Positions 39,201-49,800 of a DNA stretch of 64,000 bases are shown here, in pieces. The stretch is from Phoronis australis (taxonomy: Eukaryota > Animalia > Phoronida), in the NCBI GenBank assembly GCA_002633005.1, contig NMRA01000007.1:304465-368464 (forward strand), read 5' to 3'. Position numbers and translations under genes: made by a program. Position 1 is the stretch's first letter; every line of letters begins with the position of its first letter. Below the pieces are notes generated by a model. That model searched no databases and was not told the DNA's origin. It saw only the letters and a list, made by a program, of their open reading frames with translations.

Positions 39201-41146
39201 TTTCTATTAAAAGAGTCAGGAGGCTCTAAGACTTTTGCACTGTTCTTTGGCCGCTGGAATAGGGTCTTTGCACAGTTCAATTTGATAGGTTAGGTTGACT
39301 TCTTCTTTAATGGGAAATGGACAGGTTTTTGTTATTCCAAATAGTCTTTCCGATACTTTTTCAACACACGAAAACACGCTTTAAACACTGGCACGTCAGA
39401 TTAAACGTGAAGTAGCCATTTCACACCATATTGCATCACCGTGAGAAAATAGTAAAAAAGAATAGTCGAACGTTTGCTGGTCCCCTCGGAAGAAGTATCT
39501 GCCACGCATATTTAACAGAACACCAACTCTGAGCAGGTGTTGATCATAAACGATAAAGTAAGAACCCTAATGTTTCATTACATTTGTCAATTTATGTCTT
39601 AGTGTGGTCAGAGTGATACATAATAATTAAGGAATTTATATTGCATTGTTGGTCAAGGTAGTCTTTAAGCTATTGTTTTTTGCAATAAGTGTCAGTAGCA
39701 GTGTATTATTTTGTCTGGATAATGTTACTGTGTGGTATGACGTGCTGTTGTAGGAACACAAGCTCAGCAGTTGTGTATCAGCAACGATACGGTGTGGGCC
39801 ATGGATCCATCGGGTCAGATTCTGTGCAGATATGGAATTAACACCCTGAATGAGTGTGGAGACTATTGGAAGAAGATACCGGGAACATTCTCATCTTTTA
39901 CAGGTGGATAGCTGTTTGACTCTTCCAATGCACATTTTGAGAATCAATAGACTTTAATTAGTTGTAATGCCATTGTTTTCATAGGAGCGATGTTATGGTA
40001 ATATCTGTGATGTTTGTTGTCCGTCCTCTGGTGTCCGTCTGAATTAATCTTTTCATCACTATAGTTCATGGAGTGCAATGGTCTTGTATTAGGGAATCCA
40101 TGATAATCACTTGTATTGACATGAGCTTTATAAACTAATCAAAGAAACAATAAAGTCTTTGTAAGCTGATCATTCATACCAGGTTGCCCAGTTTTTAGGG
40201 TCACCCAGCAAAATCATTCTCCGTTGAATCGACCAATCTTTAAATGCATGGATGTTTTGATCACTGAGGCCATTTCCAAGGAACAATTTGAAAACATAAG
40301 TCACGGATTTCTACCAAACTTTCTGATTAATAAAGCATTTTTTGTCGTGGAACCCTATTGACTTCTGGTGAATTTAACATTGGATATTTTTGTGGACCCA
40401 CATATTTTGTTTGAGTGGTTTTCAAATAGTCAATGGTGATAATATTAGACGTGCTGAACAACCATTTGCTGTTTTAAGGAGATGTATAGAGACTGAAAAT
40501 CCTTTAGGCTCTTATAATTGAATTTGAATCTGCATTCAATAATTACTAAGACACAGAATTTTGTCACTGTATATTAGTAGTGGTATTTCTCCCATATCTG
40601 TCTGTGATGTAACTTTGTTTTGACACTTGGCCTTGTCCAGTATTGATTTTGGTCAAATTTTATCTGATATAAATCTTCAAGATGAACTCTGTTAGGTTTT
40701 ATAAGTTATCATTTTGTTTTTGTTTTTGTTTGATGCAACTTTTCAGTTTTTTCATAAAAGTCTCTGTAGTCCAGTTTTTGATAGCCCGTCATGCAAAACT
40801 GGATCATTTTAAAAACAATTCGTCTTATCTCTTTAAAGAACAGTGCAAAAAGCATACTATAAGAAAGTTTCACATTAATCGTATCGGTCGTTTCTGATGT
40901 GTTTTGCTCTAAAGTTAGCCACATTTGGGCTTTTTTCACGGGTCCTACTCTACATAAGCTTATCAGAGAGATGGCTTTATTTCATATCAAGTGGTGATAC
41001 ATTGTAACAAATTGAATATCTTTACAGTGTCCGCTGACAATAAGCTATGGGCCATCAGTCAAAGCCAACAACTTTACCGCCATTACGCCAGACACCTGTT
41101 GAAGTCTCAGGACACCAAAACAAATGATGACTGGGAGCTATTATAA
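21204..41146 (+). CDS. TECPR2: Tectonin beta-propeller repeat-containing protein 2 (WD40 + TECPR repeats, C-terminal LIR), 16 coding exons, ~1529 aa
   Basis: Exons 21204-21419, 22633-22761, 24223-24354, 25089-25252, 26324-26772, 27781-28485, 29229-30573, 31577-31804, 34635-34773, 36041-36236, 36540-36629, 37056-37292, 38280(or 38262)-38479, 38938-39028, 39754-39903, 41028-41146; 4590 nt, phases consistent. Motifs: LTCIDVSQDFIVLGSNAGTVFLY, LYASRPGFRVW, poly-Lys KPKKTKKKKR, acidic Ser-rich middle, TECPR repeats (VWAVD..G.VYLRIG, VWAID..KNVYVRQGI, GDYWKKIPG), terminal DDWELL*. Confidence 0.92.
21825..22007. repeat. 45-bp tandem repeat x3 plus a degenerate fourth copy
   Basis: ATTACAATTTATCAAGACTTAGTGTAGTTACAGTAAAATGTTCTA at 21825, 21870, 21915. 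Confidence 0.9.
25409..25790 (-). mobile_element. MITE family A, copy 1 (TA-flanked, GGGCCG..C.GGATTACA-type TIR)
   Basis: ta|GGGCCGTCCAAGATTACA ... CATCCGGGATGGCCC|ta; internal sequence is the reverse complement of the copies at 28511 and 32256. Confidence 0.7.
27567..27655. repeat. Long inverted repeat (~37-bp arms), probable fold-back element
   Basis: AAAACACGACTAAATTTTTTGTTTGAAAGCTTGATACA ... TGTATCAAGCTTTCAAACCAAAAGTTTAGTCGTGTTTT. The wider insert is flanked by direct repeat GTATGTGATGAA(C)TGCAT at 27547 and 27699. Confidence 0.75.
28511..29020 (+). mobile_element. MITE family A, copy 2
   Basis: ta|GGGACGTCCCAGATTACA ... TGTAGTCCGGAACGACCC; shares TTTACCCACAATGC, TTTGCCTTCCCGACATCAT and CTTATCTCCAGGACAAAGGA with copy 3. 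Confidence 0.7.
31389..31488. repeat. ~52-bp tandem duplication
   Basis: TGAAGAAAGCAACAATATTGTTTA.GGTACCTT.AAGGATGTTGTGTG occurs twice. Confidence 0.85.
32256..32643 (+). mobile_element. MITE family A, copy 3
   Basis: ta|GGGCCGTTCCGGATTACA ... TGAAATCCGGGGCAGCCC|ta; same internal blocks as copy 2. Confidence 0.7.
37349..37441. repeat. 14-bp minisatellite x~6.5
   Basis: (ACTGTGTCATAGCA)n. Confidence 0.9.
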
Positions 41147-41446
41147 CATGGAGTTGGCTCAGTTACTGGGAGCTATTGTAACATGGAGTCAGCTCAGTTA
41201 CTGGGAGCTATAGTAACGTCATAGAGTTGGCTCAGTTACTGGGAGCTATTGTAACATGGAGTCAGCTCAATTACTGGGAGCTATAGTAACGTTGTAGAGT
41301 TGGCTCAGTTACTGGGAGCTATTGTAACATGGAGTCAGCTCAGTTACTGGGAGCTATAGTAACGTCGTAGAGTTGGCTCAGTTACTGGGAGCTATTGTAA
41401 CATGGAGTCGACTCAGTTCTCGTAACTTAATTGTAACATGGAGTGA
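41131..41446 (+). repeat. Tandem repeat, 35/38-bp units (73-bp higher-order dimer), ~8 copies, beginning inside the TECPR2 stop region
   Basis: Units start at 41131, 41166, 41201, 41239, 41274, 41312, 41347, 41385. The two unit types are CTGGGAGCTATTGTAACATGGAGTCAGCTCAGTTA and CTGGGAGCTATAGTAACGTCGTAGAGTTGGCTCAGTTA. Confidence 0.95.
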
Positions 41447-44042
41447 GAATAGTACTCCTAATTAATTTCAAAATTGAGTCGGATCCTTGTAATATCGGAA
41501 TATTGTCCTAAACCTAGTAAATTGTAAGGTGGAGTCTTCTACTTAATTGCTATGTGAGTCATAACAATCCTGTACTAGGCTATAATGTTGAGTTAGTACT
41601 GTACAATGCTGTGTAACAGTTAGTTTTCAAAATATCTAAGCAGCATCAAACTTTGACAAATTTAATGTTATTAAAAGCAGCTAGTTATACATTTTATGAC
41701 ACCAAGAAAATTTTTCAGTTCTGCGTAATTTTTATTAAAATCTTCAAAGCTTTTGTATCAGGTTGTGTACTGAAATGCTGTTTGTCTATCTGAGCACAAT
41801 TGCATCAAGTTTATCTGTGACTTAATATTTGACAACAGTGCTATTTTATTCGTATGAAAGTTTCAAATTGTTCAGGTATAAAGTTTGTCAAACTTTGAGA
41901 GGGTTCACTGAAGCTGTTACTAGTTGATGGCGAAAACTAACTGTAACTTAATTATAAGGTGAAGTCATTGCTGCATTCCTAGATTGCGACTGTTATAGTC
42001 AGTAAACATGCCTGAATTCAAATTATGGGATAGCAACAAAGATAATTATTAGAGTGAAATATTGATTCCTATAATTATAATTGGTTGGTGGTTTGCATTC
42101 TCCATGACTTTTGTCATATTTGAAATTTCTCGGTTGAATGTTTTTTGACCTGTTGGTTGCGATTGTCAATACCTTTTGCTTACACATAGGGCTGTGCTTA
42201 TTTAATCTAGCCAGTGAATGATTTTCATATAGTAATTTTTTAGCAAAATTTTGTCCGGTAGAAAGTTTTTCTTTGTGATAGTCTTTGACATTTGTTATTC
42301 GTTACCTTGCAGTATGTCGCTTGCTTGAAAACACCATTTGATTTCTCTTTCACAACCAGCTCTTCAAAATTGATTAGTTTCTTAGTTTTGACATACACCA
42401 TCATTGTTTGACGGTACGTTGATTAGCCATTGTCGACTTCTGAGCGTTTAGTGTGACAGTCTCGCTTATCTATGAGATTTCAAACCTTTTACGTCATGCT
42501 TTGAATTAAAATGAATATTAATTATCTTCTGATTTTTCATAATTACTGTGTAATGTGAACACTTGATAGTGTTATTAAATGCTACTCTGTCACAATGTGG
42601 TTACGTATCGACTTCAGTTCGCTTTGAAACATGTAACATGTTGACTGAAATTTGGATAGGTTCTTAAGGTTTCGGAAGACCATATTGACAGGGCTAAGTA
42701 TTTCGCCAAATATCTACAAAACTATAGATTTTAAGTTAGTAAAAATATAATTTTCTTAAACTAGAGAAGTCTGTAGAATTTGACAGTATCAAGAACAGTG
42801 AATCCTATCAGCTGTTTCCGAGATGTGATGTTCCAAAGTAAGCCAAATCTGAATTTTTCCTAGGGCTGTACTTAAGCTCAAGGTTGGGACGTTGAATCGT
42901 GTCAGAAAGATTGGAAATTTTCACAGTCCTGGTTTTAAAAGCAAGTGTCTGTTCTTACTTTCTTCAATTTTCTTATATCTGAAAATAAAGACTTTTTATG
43001 GCGTGATGATATTGGTGGTAAATTAGTGGAATAGGTTTTGCTCTTTGAAACTTTTAGATTGCATGAAATGCCCTTTTCTTTTGAATGTTTCTTGTGGATT
43101 TAGCACCTTCAAAGTAGTGTTTTTTTATAAACTTAATTAGACAATCAAGTATTCACAGGGGAAAATGGCAAGCTGTGCTTTACTTGATGAAGAACAATTA
43201 TAGTTTGAGACCTTGAAAGTCTTCTCTATTTGGGTTCGAGTCAGGGTTGATTAATAAGTGATTGAATAAGTTCAAAATTTATTAACAGGCTTTGGTAATC
43301 ATCGAAAATGTTGCCCGTCACCTTTTGTTGGATGTACGTACTCATGTGAATGGCTTGGCACCAGATATGAAATTGCAAACGGGTTACAAATTGCAATTAA
43401 GAAGTCCAACTGCTAACAAATGTTAAATGTTGAATGGCAAGTGATTAATTCGCAAGTGACTCATTTCTGTCTTGGATCAGTGTTGAATACAGTAATTTTG
43501 TTGGCTGTGTAATAAGTGATATCGCGTTATGCACATTATGTTAATTTTGTACTTTCAACGTGATCACAGAACTCGAGTTGTAAATGAAATTCATTCTATA
43601 TTCACAATAGTCTTAGTACAATTAAATATGTAGTCCTGTACAAAAATATCACCTTCAATATTGTAACATTGCCTTGACTTAAGACAGACTTTTTAAAGTT
43701 CAACAATAACGACAAACTTCGACATTAAAACAACCTGTAACTGTGTGTCAGGTCTCTTATTTATAATCATGTACCTTTATTGGGGTTTGTATTTGTAAAT
43801 TGTACACTCTATGCATGTGCACCAATAAATGGGTTGCAAAAAATTATACTTCATACATAAATTTAACATTAATTTAAACTACACAACATGTGTAAATTTG
43901 GCACCTTTTAGTGCATAGTTATGACCAATGGCACTAAATTATGCAATGTGCATTCTAACTAACGGTGTGTGTGATGTAAGATTTGATAACGACACCAGTA
44001 GCAGAATTAATGCACAGAGAGTTCGTTATTCTTCAAGACCGT

Positions 44043-44285
44043 GGGCCCCTTTCCAAGAAAACTGACTTACCTAATACAAATCATAAATTTTAAGATAAAA
44101 CTTGAACTTGTCCCAAGATCGTTTCAAGAAAGAGATCTAAGTTTGACTTAACTTTTTGACATAAGTTTTGTCTTAATTTTGAAAATCTTTATTACCGGAT
44201 GTTGAAGTTTCAAAGGTTGGAAGTTAAGACAAATCTTAGTCTAAGTTAAAAATGACCTTAAGTCAGTTTCTTGGATTGGGGCCCC
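44043..44285. mobile_element. MITE with GGGCCCC..CCAAGAAA(A)CTGACTTA terminal inverted repeats
   Basis: GGGCCCCTTTCCAAGAAAACTGACTTA at 44043 pairs with TAAGTCAGTTTCTTGGATTGGGGCCC at ~44260-44285; internal CTTAAG/GACTTA-rich palindromic motifs. Confidence 0.65.
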
Positions 44286-45258
44286 TTCGGCAGATAAAAT
44301 GACACACCATGACGAGCCAACTTTAGAGCCTGGTCTCAAAAATCCAGAAATGGCACCTAGTTTGTTTTTTATTATAGAGTGTGGGTTTACGGACACTTTA
44401 TATTCACAATAGTCCTCTCAGAATGAGAACAGAAAGCTGTTCATCTTCATGGAAGCATTTGAGAACAAAGTGTCGCCATGTAACTTTTGCAAAGCACCTG
44501 TTAACTGGTAGAACCCTTGATTAGAGATGTCAGTTGATTAACTTAAGCTCTCAATTTTACTGCTGCTGTTGAAGCCACTATAAATGTGGAGAATATCTCA
44601 CTTACACAGGTCACCATTGAGATTCCCTTTGCCCTCAGACAACTTTTATTATGCCTATTCAGCACGCCCATTGTATTCAAGATAATGAAGCGGAAAGGTA
44701 ATGGCGGGCACTACTTTCTCAATGGTTGTAGTTGTTAGTACAACAGAATAATTGGGTTTTCTCTGACATTTGCAGAGTTACAGCCTGTAATGTCATAAGT
44801 ACGGGTTTGATGACGTTTTAGATATTACAAAATAACTAAAAACTATAACTTGGGTTCATATTGAAGGACCATTTCCCCAAATGATCGTTGGTTTTAAATA
44901 TTTTCATACTGCTATTGTCATTTTATTTTTAATACTCCAGTCTTCTTTAATTGCATTGTTTCCTGCCAGGCTGCAGATTCTGATCGTTAATGAAACTTAA
45001 AAAGTCAAATCTTGCCCACCGACCTACTTCATCTATGTGTTGCTTGGATTTTCACATTGACTTTGAAGCTTGCCATAGTTAGTCTTCGTGACACGTGTTT
45101 CATCGCCAGCTGATTACTGAATATCAGTTTTCCGGTAAGCATGCTACCCGTTAAATCAAGTAATTCCACTCGACTGGGCGATAAGCGCCGTCTAAAAAGC
45201 TATATTGACATTTAATTTGGTCACCGCGAGTTGTCTCTGTTTGTCATAATAAAGTTTA

Positions 45259-45830
45259 GGGCTGTTCCAGCAAAATCTGTGTGGGAGGGGGGGAGGGAAG
45301 GCAACTGAAATAAAAATTTATGGGTGGTTGCGTTCGATTTCAATTCAAAATGGCTGGTGGTCGTACTTCAAAAAAATAAAAATTTACAGGCCGTTGTTGT
45401 TTCATTGGGCCATAAATGTTTGATGGTGGGTAATTTTAGTAAATTTTATAAACAATCCGCACAGAATCAAAAACTGAAACAAAAATGCAACTTGCAAAAA
45501 GCTCAGACTTTTTCACTCCCTCCGATCTCCTCATCAGCATGCCCATAACACCAGTTAACCACAGGTGCTCGAATTTCTCGATGGCTAATAACCATATATA
45601 AGAAACATATGTTTTCTTAGTAATGAATGACATTAGTGGTGATGGAGGAACAGATAAACTCAAGCGCCTGTGCAGTCAACCACAAGAACAAAAAAAAATT
45701 ACGGGTGGTTGCATTTCAAACTTATAAAAAATTACGGGTGGTAGGCTGAAGAAATAAATGAAAAATATGGGTGGTGGGTGCGAAAAAAAGGTGCCTCCCC
45801 CCTCCCATACAGATTTTACTGGAACAGACC
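45259..45830. mobile_element. PIF/Harbinger-type MITE, TTA target-site duplication
   Basis: tta|GGGCTGTTCCAGCAAAATCTGTGTGGGAGGGG ... CCCCTCCCATACAGATTTTACTGGAACAGACC|tta; internal repeats AAAAATT(T)A(T/C)GGGTGGT. Confidence 0.8.
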
Positions 45831-46692
45831 TTAGTCGTATACTAAAAGAATAAACCATTTGATATAGTTAATTATGATCAGCGTTTTATAAACCCTCCCA
45901 GTGTATCAATACCCATGGTCCATAACCAATGTTTGTAGTTTTTAGCTTTATTTGATATTTAAAAACTGAAAACCATACTACGTTGCTTTTCCAGCTGAAT
46001 ACCGCCATAATGATTACTTTTAACGAAAATGCATTTTGAAAATTTGAGTCCGACTCTGGTGTTGTGTGCTCTTTGATCCAAGTGAAGGCCTCTCAGACGA
46101 AAGTGAGTGACCAGTGGTGAAAATTCCCACATATCTTTAGAAATGCCTGTTTTCCTTGTAAGCGAATTATTCACAGTATGAAACCCATGGTCTGTCCAAG
46201 AAGTAACTTTTTCGAAAATTTTATAAAATCGTCCTTGCCTTGTTCCTTACTCAGAATAGAAGTGATTTTTGGGTTTGCAAAGAACTGTCAGTTCGTTATT
46301 CCTCGAGAGTACGCTTGGCTCATAAAATAACACGCCAACCCAAAGAGCCTGATCTTCAACAGTAATGACCCATCATTGTTTTGAAGTCTAGAAATCACCT
46401 CCTATTTGACTAAGGAACAATTTCAACATTTCAATACCATAAGTGGTCTAAATCAAATGTGTTTTTGTGATGCAAGGCATATTTGCAGCCGCTTTACTAT
46501 CACTTTCACATAAATAGATGGGATTTTGAAGCGACACACAAGCTTGTACATTAGTTTGATACATAAACGTCAGTTTCCTGTTTGGCCATGGATCACTGCA
46601 CATATTATTTATGGCCCCTTTCACTTTGACCAACTCAAACTTCATCAAAACAGCAGAAACAGCCGTGTTCACTCTTATTCGCAGGCCCAATG

Positions 46693-46863
46693 AGCATTAT
46701 TATTTCTGGCCACTCCTATCTTGAATGACGCAGGCTAAATCAGTGGCATCATCTTTGCCACTCCAATCTTGACTGACACGTGCTCAATAATCATCATTTT
46801 TGGCCACTCCCATCTTGACTGACACCATCTCAGCAATCATTATTTCTGGGCGTTGCCATCTTG
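46693..46863 (-). repeat. Degenerate ~46-bp tandem repeat x4 beginning inside the predicted SRF stop region
   Basis: Minus-strand units start CAAGAT at 46863, 46817, 46771, 46723: CAAGATGGCAACGCCCAGAAATAATG, CAAGATGGGAGTGGCCAAAAATGATG, CAAGATTGGAGTGGCAAAGATGATG, CAAGATAGGAGTGGCCAGAAATAATAATG. Confidence 0.8.
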
Positions 46864-49800
46864 GTTGACCTCTGTGGTTGTAATTACTGGTTGAATGACC
46901 TGCAACAGGAGACAACATCCTCACATCCTCAGTGAGACACTGACATAACTAATTATCATTAGGAGCTTTTAACAACTGAACACATTAAAAACATCTCTGA
47001 AAACACTTTACGTCTAAGTAATTAAGAAAAACTCGGGGTGTTTTCCAACTGTAGGGGTTGGCACTTTGCCCTTTCTATTTGTCTACAATTTGCCTCCAGA
47101 TGTCCCTTTGTATCGATATTAACTATCTCTGGTGTTGTCTGTGGTGGTTATTTCAGCTTCCTGATGTCTCTGGAGAGTGAGTGAATGAAACTGCAACCAG
47201 ACCAGCCATCAAGACATTTTAAGACGTTGAGGAAGGGGCGAATGATGGATTTGAACACAACATTCTTATAATGTCTTAAATGTTCACCATTTTCACCAAA
47301 TTTGGAAGGCAACTGCCAAATATGATCACTGGTCCTCCTGATTTTGGCCTTATGTCGACGATTATCAACCACAAACTAAGGAAATAGCAATTGATGCACA
47401 CGTGAAATAAGAGTGAATGTTCACCTGTGAATTGGCAATGGACACAGGTACAGGTATGGTGATGTACTGTTGGCCAGCTGTAAAGAAGAGAGGGAGGCAT
47501 AATTATCATACAGGTAGTGAAGATACTTGAGAAAGGGCAGCTGTAAGTTCACTCATAAACTATTTCACGAACACAAACAACATAGGCAGGCTTAGGTTGC
47601 CTGTGAGGGCAGAATGGCCTAGTAGGTTGAGTGTTCGTCTACTGGGTTCAAATCAATCTAGTCCTCCCTGCTAGACCTTTGAGTCACGTCTCCACTGAGC
47701 AGACTGTGCACTTCCGATGCAACATGTACTATTTTCTGAGGTACCCTAGGGACACAAAAAAACATCAAGATGCTGATTTCACTGCCTACACAGGAGTTTT
47801 CGCTAAAAAGTTGGATGGGTCATCCAAGATCCGTCAGCAAATTAAAGGTACTGTTTATTTGAAAACTTTAAAAATTGCTCTAAATTCCAAAGGCTGCTGT
47901 AACAGTTATAAGTGGTGTCTGACTCATAAGCACACAAAACTATTTTTTATGCATGGGAACAAAAAAAGTGGTTGAGAAGAGCTGGTCAGGTCAACAGCCT
48001 ACTTGACCGTGACCCAAAGTGAACTTTAACCTCCACAGACTTTAACCTCCACAGTGCAAATTCAAGAAAGATCACTGATTCACTAGTTTCTCATTAATTT
48101 TTAAATTACTGCATCAGACAGGAAACATTTCACCTGTGCTTCAAAGTTTCAAGACAATTTGAAAGTTTCCTTCTCTTCAAATAACTATGTTAGACATTTC
48201 TTGATTTGAATTAGAAACCATCTCAAGCTTAAATACAACTAAACAGGTGTTGCTCCCTGATGGTGTGACAAATATTTAACAGAAAGACATACATGCTTGC
48301 TGATCGGGAATTGTTAATGCTGTCGGAGTTTGTGGAAAGTTGAAGATGAAACCCTCGGAGAGGTTACCAACAGTAGAGGGAGCTGCATACACTACCCCCT
48401 GCGGTGTGTGGTACATGACGGGCTGGGCGGTGTTGGTCGTTGTGCTGTTGTTGTTGACAGGAGCTAGAACACAGAATGAAGACTGAACGTCGTATGAACT
48501 CACATTCATACAGTATTGGAGATAGTATGGTAAGAAGCAATAGTATCTTGCAAGGGTCTGCGATTCTGAGAATAGGTTTGATGTCCGTTATTCAGTGGAG
48601 AAAACTGGTTCTCAAAATGTGGGACCCTTGTTAATGACTAGTACCATAAGATCACAAAAATGTATGGGGATTATCCAATCCTCCCAAGTCTGGATTATCT
48701 GTAACAGTTTGGATTTAAATAGCCCAAAATATAAGTGGGTTTACTTTTAATGGCCAGATTCTTTGTTTGGCCATTGAGTGTCAAAAATGACTTTCAGTGA
48801 TAGCGCTACCTACATTCTTTACTGGGTTGTCATGTATAGGTTGACTTACCAGGTACAGCGTAATCATAAACTAATCTAAAGCACCTAAAAGACCGCCTTC
48901 CATAGAAATTTCTGACTTAGAAATTTGTCTGGTATTGTTCCTTAGTGAAACAGAAGTTGATTTTAGCGCCGATGATGGTCTCAAGGAATAATTAATAGTC
49001 ACATCTTCCACACCCAGAAATTCCTTCTCATCTGATTACGGAATATGGTGACACCAAGTTTACGCCAGTAATTGGTCTCAATCAAAAGTTCACTTGGATG
49101 GAATGTGGGTTTAAATCCACCTTAATATCTGCAATAATGAGAATTTAACAACATATTTGACAGATTGAGAAATGATCCTAGAAAGAAATCAAAGTTTTTA
49201 ACACGGAGGTCCACACAACTTGGCAAAGCATGATTCATACCTGAGGCTGGTGTTATGTTGGTCAAGGTCACTGTCGAGTTAGACGCATCACCAGCGCCAC
49301 CTCCAGAGGAATTGGCCACATTAGAGACACCTGGGGATGAAGTTATAATGCGATTAAGTACACTCCAATTTTTCCTTAAATAATATAACACTAATTATGA
49401 TATTCTAATATTCCTTTCATCAACTTTATTATGACAGATGGTTTAGCCACAGCTGTACTTGATTGTAAAACAATCCCAAAACCTATTCTGCAGGCCTCTT
49501 CAGTTGAATTTTTTTTTCAAGTTGTCAAAACCAAACTTGTTAAGCTGCTATTCTGTATTACTTACAGTTAATGTAATTGTTGACATTAGCAAAGTTATTA
49601 TAAATGCACAGGAGCACTTACCAGACAGTGCGAGCAGCTGGTTATTTGGGAACCTGTACACAGTCTGCCCTTGCTGTTGATTCGACTGTTGGATAGGAAC
49701 TAACCCCATAGGGGTCGCTATTTGTGGAGTGCCTGAAAATTTGAGCAAGCTTTGTGATGAAGGTGGTAGAAATATATGCCACGTTTATACTGACTTTTAG

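Noticed and set aside
41131-41446. CRISPR-like array (35-38-bp periodicity)
   Set aside because: Units are contiguous with no unique spacers, there are no cas genes, and the context is a eukaryotic 3'UTR; it is a minisatellite.
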